64,000 nt of DNA from NCBI GenBank assembly GCA_019455225.1, contig JACFMU010000001.1, positions 291 to 64,290 of the forward strand, in the 5' to 3' direction. The notes beneath the pieces were generated by a model. That model did no database searches, was not told where the DNA came from, and saw nothing but the letters and a program-made list of their open reading frames with translations. Made by a program: the position numbers and the translations under genes. This stretch comes from Candidatus Hydrogenedentota bacterium. GTDB taxonomy: Bacteria > Hydrogenedentota > Hydrogenedentia > Hydrogenedentales > CAITNO01. Below, in pieces: positions 36,987-45,920 of this stretch. The stretch's first letter is position 1. Every line of letters starts with the position of its first letter.

Positions 36987-38453
36987 ATGAACACCCTGTC
37001 GCGCCGGACTTTTCTTGGAACCGCCGCCGGGCTGGCCCTAAGCCTTGCGGGGCGCGCCGGGGCGGCGCGGAACCGCATGAGTGTCCTGCTCCTCACGGCG
37101 GACGACATGAACTGGTCCACACCGGGCTGCTTTGGCGGGACCGTGCCGGGCGTCACGCCGAACATTGACCGGCTGGCGGCGGAGGGGATGCGGTTCATGC
37201 GCGGGCATGTGACCTGCGCGGTGTGCCAGCCGAGCCGTGAGGCGCTGATGACGGGGCGCTATCCCCACCGAAGCGGCGGCATGGGCTTCGAGCCCATCCG
37301 GATGGATGTCCCGACGCTGCAGGAGTCCCTGCGGGCGGCGGGATGGCTGAACGGGATTCTGGGCAAGGTGGAGCATCTCAAACCGGACGCGAAATTTCCC
37401 TGGGACTTCAAACGCGAGTTCGGGGAACTGGGCTGCGGGCGCGACCCGCAGAAGTACGCCGAGGCCGCGCGGGCCTTCTTCGAGGCGGCGGAGGCGGCAG
37501 ACAAGCCGTTCTTTCTCATGGCGAACTCCCATGACCCGCACCGGCCCTTTGACGGCAGCCGAAGCGAGGCCCAGTCCCTGGCGAAAGATTGGGGGAAGTT
37601 CGGCGTCACGCGGGACACGCTGCCGCGCCCCTCGCGCGTGTACACCCCGGAAGAGGTGCCCGTGCCGGGTTTCCTGCCCGATTTGCCGGACGTGCGGGCG
37701 GAACTGGCCCAGTATTACAGTTCCTGCCGGCGCAGTGACGACACCGTGGGCGCGGTGCTTGGGGCGCTGGCGGCCTCCGGCCAGGCGGAGAACACCCTGG
37801 TCATGTTCCTGTCGGACAACGGCATGGCCTTCCCCTTCGCCAAGGCCAACTGTTACCTGCACGGCACGCGCACCCCCTGGATTGTCCGCTGGCCGGGCAG
37901 GGTCGCGCCGGACACGGTGAACGCGGAGGACTTCATCTCGGGCATTGACTTCATGCCGACCGTGCTGGACGCGCTGGACCTGCCCGCGCCGGACGGCATG
38001 GACGGGGCCTCCTCCCTGCCGCTCCTGCGCGGGGAGGGCATGGCCGGGCGGGACCGCGTCTTCACGCAGTTCCACGCCACCTCCGCCGGAGAGCAGTTCC
38101 CCATGCGCTGCGTGCAGGACGGGCGTTACGGCTACATATTCAACGTCTGGGTGGACGGGGTCCGGCGCTACCGGAGCGCCTCCATGGGCTCGACCATGAC
38201 CTTCCGGGCGATGGAGGCGTCCACGCTGCCGGAGGTGGTGGCGCGGACCCGGTTCTGTAAGGAGCGCTGCCCGGAGGAGCTCTACGACTTTGCCACCGAT
38301 CCGGACGCCCTGAAAAACCTGGCGGACGACCCGGCGCACGCCTGCGAATTGGACCGCATGCGCGGGGAACTTTTGGCATGGATGGAAAAAACCGGGGACC
38401 CCTATTTGCCGGAGTTTCTGAAAACGACAGGAAAGCAGGCGAAGGGCGGATAA
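36987..38453 (+). CDS. Formylglycine-dependent sulfatase with Tat signal
   Basis: The twin-arginine leader is SRRTFLGTAAGLALSLAG. The sulfatase signature is CAVCQPSREALMTGRYPHRSG (CxPxR). Confidence 0.85.
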   Translation: MNTLSRRTFLGTAAGLALSLAGRAGAARNRMSVLLLTADDMNWSTPGCFGGTVPGVTPNIDRLAAEGMRFMRGHVTCAVCQPSREALMTGRYPHRSGGMGFEPIRMDVPTLQESLRAAGWLNGILGKVEHLKPDAKFPWDFKREFGELGCGRDPQKYAEAARAFFEAAEAADKPFFLMANSHDPHRPFDGSRSEAQSLAKDWGKFGVTRDTLPRPSRVYTPEEVPVPGFLPDLPDVRAELAQYYSSCRRSDDTVGAVLGALAASGQAENTLVMFLSDNGMAFPFAKANCYLHGTRTPWIVRWPGRVAPDTVNAEDFISGIDFMPTVLDALDLPAPDGMDGASSLPLLRGEGMAGRDRVFTQFHATSAGEQFPMRCVQDGRYGYIFNVWVDGVRRYRSASMGSTMTFRAMEASTLPEVVARTRFCKERCPEELYDFATDPDALKNLADDPAHACELDRMRGELLAWMEKTGDPYLPEFLKTTGKQAKGG

Positions 38454-38702
38454 CCTAAAAAAGGCACTTCGGGTACAGGCACCCGGCGCGAATTGGGGAG
38501 GTGGACATGGGGTTGGGCCGTTGGCGCGCCTGTTGCCAGTCCCCTTGGCAAAAGTGGAGGGGACTGCAACGGCGCGGCCCATCACTACGGCACGGAGAAG
38601 ACAACCACTTCCGCACCGGTGGCTGTACCCGCTCCCTTTGGTTTCGCCAAGGCCGCATTGCGTCCATGCCTTCCATTACGTTCATGCCGCAATGGCCCAC
38701 CC

Positions 38703-41558
38703 CTACTTTCCTACGCAGAAATTGGCGAAAATGCGGTCCAGCAGTTCTTCGGGCGTGGTCTCGCCGGTGATCTCGCCGAGGGCATAAAGGGCCTCGCGCA
38801 GTTCAAAGGCGAGCAGTTCGGGGGAAAGGTGCCGCTCCTCCAGAAATCGGACGACCCCCGCCAATGCGCGGCGCAGGCTGTCCTCCTGGTGCAGGCGTGA
38901 AATCATGGGCGTGCCCGCGTCCCCGGTGTCACCCCCCAGCAGTGTCTCCGTGATGCGCGCATCGAGCGCGGCCAGCCCCTCGCCGGTCTTCGCGGAGACC
39001 CGGAGGATTTCCGTGAAGGGGGGAAGGTCCATGGGCGGGACGCCCGTGCTACTGGGCGGCATGTTCTCAGGCGGGACGCCCGTGCCATGTGGCATGGCCG
39101 TCCCGGCCATGTTTTCCACGGGCGGGACGCCTGTGCCACCCGTGCCACACAGGTCGCATTTGTTGGCCACGGCCAGCACGGGTGCGGGACCGCTGAGCAG
39201 TTCCCCCGCCACAAGCAGGTCCTCCGGGGTCCAGCCCGACGCCGCGTCCATCACAAACAGCACCAGCCGCGCGTTTTGCGCGGCGCGCCGCGCCAGGTCC
39301 ACGCCGACGCGCTCGATCTCGCCGCCGGTCTCGCGGATGCCCGCCGTGTCCACCAGCCTGACGGGCACCCCGCCAAACTGGGCCTCCTCGCCGATGGTGT
39401 CGCGGGTGGTGCCGGGCAGTTCGGAGACAATGGCGCGGGTGTCCCGCAGCAGGGCGTTGAACAGGCTGGACTTGCCCACATTGGGCCGCCCCGCCAGGGC
39501 CACCTCGGCGCCCTCCCGGTACAGCCGCCCCGTTTGCGAAGTGGCCAGCAGGCGCTCCATGTCCCCCCGCGCCGCCTCCACGCGCGCGAAGAGCGCCGCG
39601 TCCACCAGTTCGGGCAGATCCTCCTCGGGAAAGTCCACCGCCGCCTCGACCCGCGCCAGGGCGTCGGCCAGTTCCCCGCGCAGGCGGTAAATCTCGCGCG
39701 AGAGCGCGCCCGAGGCGGCGGCGTTCGCCGCCTGCAGGGCCGCGTCGGTGCGCGCGCGGATTTGGTCCATGACCGCCTCGGCCCGCGCCAAGTCAATCCG
39801 TCCGTTGAGAAAGGCGCGTCGGGTGAACTCGCCGGGCCGGGCCAGGCGCGCCCCCCGGCGCAGCGCCTCCTCCAGAATGGCCCGCAGGGGCGCCGCGCCG
39901 CCGTGGGCGTTGATTTCCGCCACATCCTCGGCGGTGTAGCTGCGGGGCGCGCGCATGAGGTGCAGCAGCGCCTCGTCCAGTGTGCGCCCCGCGCCGTCCA
40001 CCATGCGGCCGTGGAACACGCGCTGCCGCGGACTTTCCAGGGGGGCTTTTCCGTGGGCGGAGACGAACATGGACGAGGCGATTTCCAGCGCGCGGGGACC
40101 GCTCAAACGGACAATCCCCACGCCGCCCTCGCCGGGCGGGGTGGAGATTGCCGCAATCGTGTCGGTTGTCCCGGGGGACATGTTCTCAGTCGCCAAGAGT
40201 TCCCGCGTCCTGCTCCTCTTCGCGCCTGCGGCGCGGGGCCGGCCTGCGCCCCCGCCCCCCCTGCCGGAGGAGGGCCTGCCGGAGCGGTCGCCGCCCTGCG
40301 GACGGGGCCTGGGCGCGCCCGTGGGCGTGATGCTGATGCTGCGGTAGAGGGACTCGCCGTGGCTCGCGGTGCGCACGTCCGCGTCGTCGCGCAGGGTCAT
40401 GTGCACGATGCGCCGCTCCTGGGGGCTGAGGGGCTTGAGGCGGATGACGCGCCCGCTGTCCTTCGCCTTGCGCGCGAAACTGCGGGCCATGTCCTGGAGC
40501 GTCTCGCGGCGCCGGTCCACATAGCCCTCGACATCCACGACAAGCCGCTCGGTGTTCTCCGCCGTGTCCCCCTTCACCAGCATCCGGTTGATGAGGTACT
40601 GCATCGCCGACAGGGTGCGGCCCTTGCGGCCGATGAGCATGGCGCTGTCCTCGGAGACCACCTCGAGCCGGGCCGTGCCGTCCTCGGTGCGGTGAAAGTT
40701 CACCGCCCCCTTCAGGCCCATCTTTTCTATCATCTGCGCGAGGATTTCGGCGGCCTCGCGGCCCTGCTCGTCCGTGATGGGCTCGAAGGTTTCCTCGGGT
40801 TGCTCGGGCGCGTTGTCCCGGACCTCGTCGGCCTCCGCCAAATCCCCCGTGTCCGCGGCGGTGTTTTCCATCTGCGCCTGCTCGAACATCTCGGCGCGGC
40901 GCAGCGCCTCCAGCGCCTCGTCATGCACGCTGCCGGGCCGCCTCACCGCCTCCTCCCCGCCGTCGGCGGCCGCCACGGGCGCCGCAACGGGGCTGTCGCC
41001 GGGCCTTGCTCCGGCGCGGGGCGTCTGCGGCTGCTGCTGGCGGCGCTCGCCGCCACGCCCGCCGCGTCCGTCCTGGCCGCGCTGGCCGCCCTGTCCCTGG
41101 CCGCCCTGCTGGCGGTCCTGGCCACGTCCCCCGCCCTGCTGTTGGCCGCGTCCCTCGGACCGGCCACCGCGCGGCTGCTGCTGTTGCTGTCCGCCGCGCG
41201 GCTGCTGCCCGCCATCACGGCTGCCCGGTCTGGCTTCCTGTTCCCTGGGGGTGCCTTCCCCGCGCGGCTTCTCGGGCCTGTCGCCGCCGCGGCCGCCGCG
41301 TCCCCGTCCGCCCCGGCCCCGGTCGCGGTCCCTGCCGCCCTGGTCCCGTTTTTCACGGGGCTGGGTGTCCTCCAAATGCTCGCAGGTCAGCCTGACCCGC
41401 ACATCACGGGCACCGAAACCCAGAAAGCCCCGGCTGCCCTCGTCCAGAATCTCGATTTTGTCTACTTCGTACATTTCCACGCCCAGTTGTTTCAGGGCGT
41501 TTTGGATGGCCTCTTCGCGGGTTTTCCCGCTGGTCTCCACTCGTTTCATGCGATTCAA
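38703..41558 (-). CDS. mnmE: Single ORF fusing Jag/KhpB (Jag_N-KH-R3H RNA-binding protein) to tRNA modification GTPase MnmE
   Basis: 951 codons without a stop. The N-terminal part has Jag_N (MKRVETSGKTREEAIQNALKQLG), a long RG/Q-rich linker, a KH-like segment LIGRKGRTLSAMQYL and an R3H-like segment PQERRIVHMTL. From the Met at 40181 (492 aa) it is MnmE: IAAISTPPGEGGVGIVRLSG, G1 GRPNVGKSSLFN, G3 DTAGIR, G4 NKCD, SAKTGEGL and the C-terminal FCVGK. Confidence 0.8.
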   Translation of the reverse strand: MNRMKRVETSGKTREEAIQNALKQLGVEMYEVDKIEILDEGSRGFLGFGARDVRVRLTCEHLEDTQPREKRDQGGRDRDRGRGGRGRGGRGGDRPEKPRGEGTPREQEARPGSRDGGQQPRGGQQQQQPRGGRSEGRGQQQGGGRGQDRQQGGQGQGGQRGQDGRGGRGGERRQQQPQTPRAGARPGDSPVAAPVAAADGGEEAVRRPGSVHDEALEALRRAEMFEQAQMENTAADTGDLAEADEVRDNAPEQPEETFEPITDEQGREAAEILAQMIEKMGLKGAVNFHRTEDGTARLEVVSEDSAMLIGRKGRTLSAMQYLINRMLVKGDTAENTERLVVDVEGYVDRRRETLQDMARSFARKAKDSGRVIRLKPLSPQERRIVHMTLRDDADVRTASHGESLYRSISITPTGAPRPRPQGGDRSGRPSSGRGGGGAGRPRAAGAKRSRTRELLATENMSPGTTDTIAAISTPPGEGGVGIVRLSGPRALEIASSMFVSAHGKAPLESPRQRVFHGRMVDGAGRTLDEALLHLMRAPRSYTAEDVAEINAHGGAAPLRAILEEALRRGARLARPGEFTRRAFLNGRIDLARAEAVMDQIRARTDAALQAANAAASGALSREIYRLRGELADALARVEAAVDFPEEDLPELVDAALFARVEAARGDMERLLATSQTGRLYREGAEVALAGRPNVGKSSLFNALLRDTRAIVSELPGTTRDTIGEEAQFGGVPVRLVDTAGIRETGGEIERVGVDLARRAAQNARLVLFVMDAASGWTPEDLLVAGELLSGPAPVLAVANKCDLCGTGGTGVPPVENMAGTAMPHGTGVPPENMPPSSTGVPPMDLPPFTEILRVSAKTGEGLAALDARITETLLGGDTGDAGTPMISRLHQEDSLRRALAGVVRFLEERHLSPELLAFELREALYALGEITGETTPEELLDRIFANFCVGK
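39025..39140. repeat. Three REP-like units (GGCGGGACGCCYGTGCC) plus a CATGGCCG-TCC-CGGCCATG hairpin inside the mnmE G domain
   Basis: The units lie at 39030-39049, 39069-39086 and 39117-39137. They are read in frame as GTGVPP / HGTGVPP / STGVPP, between the NKCD (G4) and SAKTGEG (G5) motifs. Confidence 0.7.
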
Positions 41559-41614
41559 ATCTCCCTGCAGACCCCGCGTGGCGGGGACTGGCGCGGCGGA
41601 CGGCGGCCCCGTTC

Positions 41615-43510
41615 TCAGGAGTCCTTTTTCCCGTGTCCGCGTTGTTTTTCCTTTTCGCGCCGCACCTCTTTGGCCATTTCGCGCTTTTTGGCCTGGGCCG
41701 CCGTGTAAAAGTGGCGGCTGCGCGGGGACGCTTTCGGTTTTTTCTTTACGGGTTCAACATTGACATTGGCGCCCTGGATGACGAAGTTTTGCGCGATGCC
41801 CAGCATGGTGCTCACCAGGATGTACAGGTTCAACCCGGACGCGAGGTTGTACATGAACACGGAGAAGAGGATGGGCATGAGGTTCATCATCATCTTCTGC
41901 TGGGGGTTCTGAACCGGCCCGGACGGGGGCATGAGCTTCTGGCTCGCGAACATGGCCACCGCGCTGAGGATCGGGAGCAGGTTCAGGCTGTCCAAAGGCA
42001 GGGTGGAGAAGGGCAGCGGAATCGAGAACGGCAGCGAGAACAGCCGGTCGGGCTCCGAGAGGTCCGCTATCCACATGAAGGGGGCCCGGCGCAGCTCGAA
42101 GGCGTTCCACAGCATGCGGTAGAGCGCAAAGAACACCGGCATCTGCAGGATGAGCGGCAGGCACCCCCCCAGGGGGTTCACGCCGCGCTCCTTGTAGAGC
42201 TCCATGGTGCGCTTCTGGAACTCCTGCTGGTTCTCCCCGCATTCCTGTTTCAGCTTCTCCAGTTCGGGGGCGAGTTTCTGCATCCGCTTCATGCTCAGCA
42301 TGCTCTTGTACGTCAGCGGAAACACCGCTATGCGCACAAGCAGGGTGAGCAGGATGATGGCGATGCCGTAGTTCGCCCAGACGTGGTCGTGGCACCAGTT
42401 GAGCACCGCCAGCAGGAGCATGGCGAACTGGTCCATGAGCGTGACGCTCGTGAAGAACCGCTGCACCGTGGGCAGGCTCGGCCAGGCCGACGACAGCGCG
42501 CGCCGCGCGGTCGGGCCGATGTAGACCTGGTACTCCCAGACGGCGGTCTCACCCGGGCCCAGTTCCGTCCTCGGGGCGCCCACCCCCGCGGAGAACGCCC
42601 CCGGCCTCCCCTCGATCCAGCCCTGCCCCCCCTCGAACTCGGGCTTCACCGCCACGGCGAAGTACGCGCTCCACACGGCAACCCATTCCGGGGCGATCAC
42701 GCGCTCCACCGGTTTGGCCGGGTCAAGCTTTGCCGTGGGCTTGTACGTGTTGTCGCCCGCCACCCGGGTGACAAACTGCTGCGAGGCGCCCTTGGCATGG
42801 TCGCCGGACGCCACATCGGGCCCCCAGGTCAGGGACACGGCCGGTTCCCGCGTGTCCAGGCCGAGCAGTTGCGGCTTGTCGGAGAGGTTCAGGTACTCCA
42901 CCCCGGTCCGCACCGTGTTCGACGTTTCCGACAGCCGGAACCACTTCACCACGCGCGCGCGCCCCGGCGCCTCGAGGGTGAACCGCACCCCGCGCCCGTC
43001 TTCCATCGGGGCCGCGTCCCAGCGGCGGCGGTTCAGCTCCTCCCCCCAGAACTGCCCGGCAAAGCGCAGGCCGAGGGGATAGACCGCCTCCGCGTCCGAC
43101 GGGGCGAAGGACTGGGGCACCAATTGGGCCGAGTCGGTGCCGTCCTTGCCCAGCACAACCGTGGCCCGCTTCAGCCGCGCCCCGACACGGGTGAACACCA
43201 GTTCCAGTCCCTCGTCCGCCACCGTAATCTCGTCCGTCGCCGGGTCCCCCGGGTCCTCGGCGGCGGGGGGCAGCCAGGCAAGGGGGGAGTCCGGATCAGT
43301 GACGGGGGCTGCGGCGGGGGCGGGGGTTTGGAGCGGTGCGTCCAGTCCGGGGGCGGCCTCTCCGGCGGGCGCGGTCGCCGCCGGAGCCGGGGCCTTCTTG
43401 GGCGGCGGCGGCATGAAAAAATACATCCACCCCACCACCAGCAATGTCATCAGCAAAATGGCCAGCAGATGGTTCCGCTGCATTTGCCTGTCATTGTCAT
43501 CGTTTAACAA
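41615..43510 (-). CDS. yidC: Membrane protein insertase YidC
   Basis: 631 aa with an N-terminal TM segment, a large periplasmic domain and a C-terminal 5-TM insertase core (GCLPLILQMPVFFALY). It sits in the conserved rnpA-yidD-yidC order. Confidence 0.9.
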   Translation of the reverse strand: MLNDDNDRQMQRNHLLAILLMTLLVVGWMYFFMPPPPKKAPAPAATAPAGEAAPGLDAPLQTPAPAAAPVTDPDSPLAWLPPAAEDPGDPATDEITVADEGLELVFTRVGARLKRATVVLGKDGTDSAQLVPQSFAPSDAEAVYPLGLRFAGQFWGEELNRRRWDAAPMEDGRGVRFTLEAPGRARVVKWFRLSETSNTVRTGVEYLNLSDKPQLLGLDTREPAVSLTWGPDVASGDHAKGASQQFVTRVAGDNTYKPTAKLDPAKPVERVIAPEWVAVWSAYFAVAVKPEFEGGQGWIEGRPGAFSAGVGAPRTELGPGETAVWEYQVYIGPTARRALSSAWPSLPTVQRFFTSVTLMDQFAMLLLAVLNWCHDHVWANYGIAIILLTLLVRIAVFPLTYKSMLSMKRMQKLAPELEKLKQECGENQQEFQKRTMELYKERGVNPLGGCLPLILQMPVFFALYRMLWNAFELRRAPFMWIADLSEPDRLFSLPFSIPLPFSTLPLDSLNLLPILSAVAMFASQKLMPPSGPVQNPQQKMMMNLMPILFSVFMYNLASGLNLYILVSTMLGIAQNFVIQGANVNVEPVKKKPKASPRSRHFYTAAQAKKREMAKEVRREKEKQRGHGKKDS

Positions 43511-43524
43511 GTGTCAACACTCCC

Positions 43525-43830
43525 TTATGGAGACGGGTCGGCGCCGGTCACGCCCCCTCCCGGTCCGTGTCCGCGCCGCGCGCGGCGCGGGGGGACGGGG
43601 TCATGACCGCCTTTGCAGAAAGGCTGGCACCGGAGCAGCCGCCACGCGGCGTAACCCAGGCCCCTCACCACGCCGTGGACCTGCACGGCCTCGGCGGCGT
43701 ACTGCGAGCAGGAGGGGTAAAACCGGCAGTGCTCCCCGAGAAGGGGGGACAGAAACCGCTGGTAAAGGCGGATGCAGGCCACCACCAGCCTACCCACGGA
43801 GCAAACCCCCGCGGCGGAACAACGATTCAA
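43525..43830 (-). CDS. yidD: Membrane protein insertion efficiency factor YidD
   Basis: LYQRFLSPLLGEHCRFYPSCSQYAAEAV...RLLRCQPFCKGGHDPVP is the YidD signature. The exact start is uncertain. Confidence 0.8.
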   Translation of the reverse strand: MNRCSAAGVCSVGRLVVACIRLYQRFLSPLLGEHCRFYPSCSQYAAEAVQVHGVVRGLGYAAWRLLRCQPFCKGGHDPVPPRRARRGHGPGGGVTGADPSP

Positions 43831-44173
43831 GTTCTTGCGCGCACTCCGCGGCGCTCAACGCCGAGCATCCGGGACGCGCCACCACCACCACCAGCGTGTC
43901 CGGGAGGAACTGGGCCCTGTGAAGCCGGAAATACTCCCGAAGCCGCCGTTTGGTCCGGTTGCGGGCCACCGCGTTGCCCGTCTTCCGGGACACCGCGAAA
44001 CCCAGGCGGCTTCCTTCCCCCTCCTCCCCGCGGGCGGCATAACAGATAAAGTTGCCACCCACAGTTTTCCGGCCCTGCTCAAACACCCGCTTGAAGTCGG
44101 ACGGGCGGGTGATGCGGGCGGACCGGGGAAATCCCAGCGGGGACGGCACGGCGCGCCGCAGGGTTTCGGTCAC
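43790..44173 (-). CDS. rnpA: Ribonuclease P protein component
   Basis: 127 aa basic protein immediately after rpmH. It has a GTG start overlapping the rpmH stop (GTGTGA), and an RNR-like segment [13 protein letters not shown]. Confidence 0.8.
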   Translation of the reverse strand: MTETLRRAVPSPLGFPRSARITRPSDFKRVFEQGRKTVGGNFICYAARGEEGEGSRLGFAVSRKTGNAVARNRTKRRLREYFRLHRAQFLPDTLVVVVARPGCSALSAAECAQELESLFRRGGLLRG

Positions 44174-44298
44174 ACCGCGAGGCGGTAGCGGCCCTTGCGG
44201 CGGCGGGCCGCAAGCACATTACGCCCGCCGGGCGTGGCCATGCGCGCGCGGAACCCATGAGTCCGCTTGCGCTTAATTTTCGAGGGCTGAAACGTCAT
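44170..44298 (-). CDS. rpmH: 50S ribosomal protein L34
   Basis: Not in the ORF track. Hand translation of the reverse strand gives [42 protein letters not shown], 42 aa, a near-consensus L34. Confidence 0.9.
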   Translation of the reverse strand: MTFQPSKIKRKRTHGFRARMATPGGRNVLAARRRKGRYRLAV

Positions 44299-44647
44299 CT
44301 TCACGACTTAACTCCTTCTCTGGCGGGGCCTTGTCACCGCGCGGGGCGCCGGACTCGGCCGAAAGATATATTGTCAAAACCGCGCATAGGGAAAAACCCG
44401 CCGCGCAGACATGCGGCAACCGGCATCCTTGGACACAGAACGCCCTCCGCCGGACAGGGTCACACAGGGTGAATAGTGTACCTTTTATCCCCGTGCAAGT
44501 CAAATATTTCGCCAATTCTGCCAAAGGACGCCATAACTCAGCCAATACCGATGCTTGTACAGCATGGATAACGGGCTCCGGCGGCATCTTCAGCGTGCGG
44601 CTGTCTACCACAAAACTTGGCCCGAAATGAGGGCGCCGCCCCGTCAT

Positions 44648-44805
44648 TCCGGTTTTTTCGCGCCTCACAGCCGTCACATTAAGGGTGAGTGCCCATGCGC
44701 GAAAAACACCGGAATCCAGTCTGAAAAACCCAGTCTGCTCTTCTCGCCCTCTGGATTCCGGTCTTTTCCGCTCAGGTCTTCGCGGAAAAACCGGAATGAC
44801 GGTGG
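44648..44805. repeat. Nested inverted-repeat element built from four alternating copies of a CGCGAAAAA(C)CCGGAAT motif
   Basis: The outer arms are GTCATTCCGGTTTTTTCGCG and CGCGGAAAAACCGGAATGAC. The inner arms are CGCGAAAAACACCGGAATCCAG and CTGGATTCCGGTCTTTTCCGC. Confidence 0.6.
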
Positions 44806-44833
44806 CTGGATGAGGTTGTGGTGGCAGAGTGAA

Positions 44834-44895
44834 GCAAGAGCAAGAGCAAGAGCAAGAGGAAGAAAAGACGTTTACGCCAATCGGCTAAAGTGTTA
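44834..44895. repeat. Solo arm of the (GCAAGA)n MITE family
   Basis: GCAAGAGCAAGAGCAAGAGCAAGAGGAAGAAAAGACGTTTACGCCAATCGGCTAAAGTGTTA matches the reverse complement of the left arm of the element at 32551-32773 almost base for base. No partner arm is seen nearby. Confidence 0.6.
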
Positions 44896-44939
44896 GGCTT
44901 TTTCGAAAGCCCCGCGCTTTTACGTCTTCGCCCTGATCC

Positions 44940-45797
44940 CTACCGGAACACGATGGTCCTGCGCCGGTAGACCATGATCCGGTCGTCGGCGTGGGCCTTC
45001 ACCGCCGTGGCCAGCACCTTGCGCTCGATGTCGCGTCCCAGCGCCACGAGGTCGGCCACGTCGTGGGTGTGGTTCACCCGCATGGTCTCCTGCTCGATGA
45101 TCGGCCCCATGTCCAGGTCCGCCGTGGCGTAGTGGCTGCTCGCGCCGATGAGTTTCACGCCGTGCTCATAGGCCTGGTGGTAGGGGCGCGCCCCCTTGAA
45201 GGCGGGGAGGAACCCGTGGTGGACGTTGATGATCCGGTGCTGGTAGTGGTCTATGAACAGGGGGGTGAGTATCTGCATGTACCGGGCGAGCACCACGAAG
45301 TCCACATGGTGCGCCCGGAGCAGTTCCAGCATTTTCGCCTCGGCGGCCTCTTTTTCCCCCGGCGGCACGGGCACCACGACAAAGGGCACCCGGAAATTGT
45401 CCGCCACATGCTCCAAATCGGGATGGTTGCTGACAATCAGCGCGACATCGGCGTTGATTTCCCCGTACTGGTGGCGCAGCAGCAGGTCATAGAGGCAATG
45501 GTCGTATTTGGACACCAGGATGGCCATGCGCTTGCGCTCGTCGGAGAAACTCAGCGAGGTCTCCATGCCGTACTCCGCGGCGAGTTCGGCGAGCCCCCCG
45601 CGCAGTTCCCGGCGGGTGCGCTGCATCCCGGAGCAGTCAAAATGGACCCGCATGAAAAAGCGGTTGTCGGGCATCTCGGCGTGCTGCTGGGCGTTGATGA
45701 TGTTGCAGCCGTTCTCGAAAATGAAACGGCTCACCTGGTACACAATCCCCTTCACGTCCTCGCAGTGGAGGGTGAGGGTGGCGGTTTCCATGCTCAT
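44940..45797 (-). CDS. purU: Formyltetrahydrofolate deformylase
   Basis: 285 aa with an N-terminal ACT domain ([19 protein letters not shown]) and a formyltransferase core ([16 protein letters not shown]). Confidence 0.9.
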   Translation of the reverse strand: MSMETATLTLHCEDVKGIVYQVSRFIFENGCNIINAQQHAEMPDNRFFMRVHFDCSGMQRTRRELRGGLAELAAEYGMETSLSFSDERKRMAILVSKYDHCLYDLLLRHQYGEINADVALIVSNHPDLEHVADNFRVPFVVVPVPPGEKEAAEAKMLELLRAHHVDFVVLARYMQILTPLFIDHYQHRIINVHHGFLPAFKGARPYHQAYEHGVKLIGASSHYATADLDMGPIIEQETMRVNHTHDVADLVALGRDIERKVLATAVKAHADDRIMVYRRRTIVFR

Positions 45798-45920
45798 GGC
45801 GCGGGTTCCATGGCCGGGGTTGGAAACGGTCCGGCCTGTCAGGCGGAAACCATACCGCCGGAGGGCGGGTCATATCAACTGAAGGCTCTGAGAAGGGGGC
45901 CAACAGAAGGAAAAGGGACC

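Noticed and set aside
38537-38566. A 9-bp-stem hairpin (CAGTCCCCT-N12-AGGGGACTG) between the convergent sulfatase and mnmE genes, as an intrinsic terminator.
   Set aside because: No T tract follows on either strand and the loop is long. It may be another REP-like element, but I found no second copy in the window, so it is not called.
44299-44939. Replication origin upstream of rpmH. The rpmH-rnpA-yidC block is often next to dnaA/oriC, and the spacer is unusually long.
   Set aside because: No dnaA gene is adjacent; purU follows instead. I found only two weak 7/9 matches to the TTATCCACA DnaA box (TTATCCCCG near 44485 and TTATCCATG on the opposite strand near 44563). There is no clear AT-rich unwinding element. 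The spacer is better explained by repeat-element insertions. A GC-skew and DnaA-box scan of the whole replicon would settle it.
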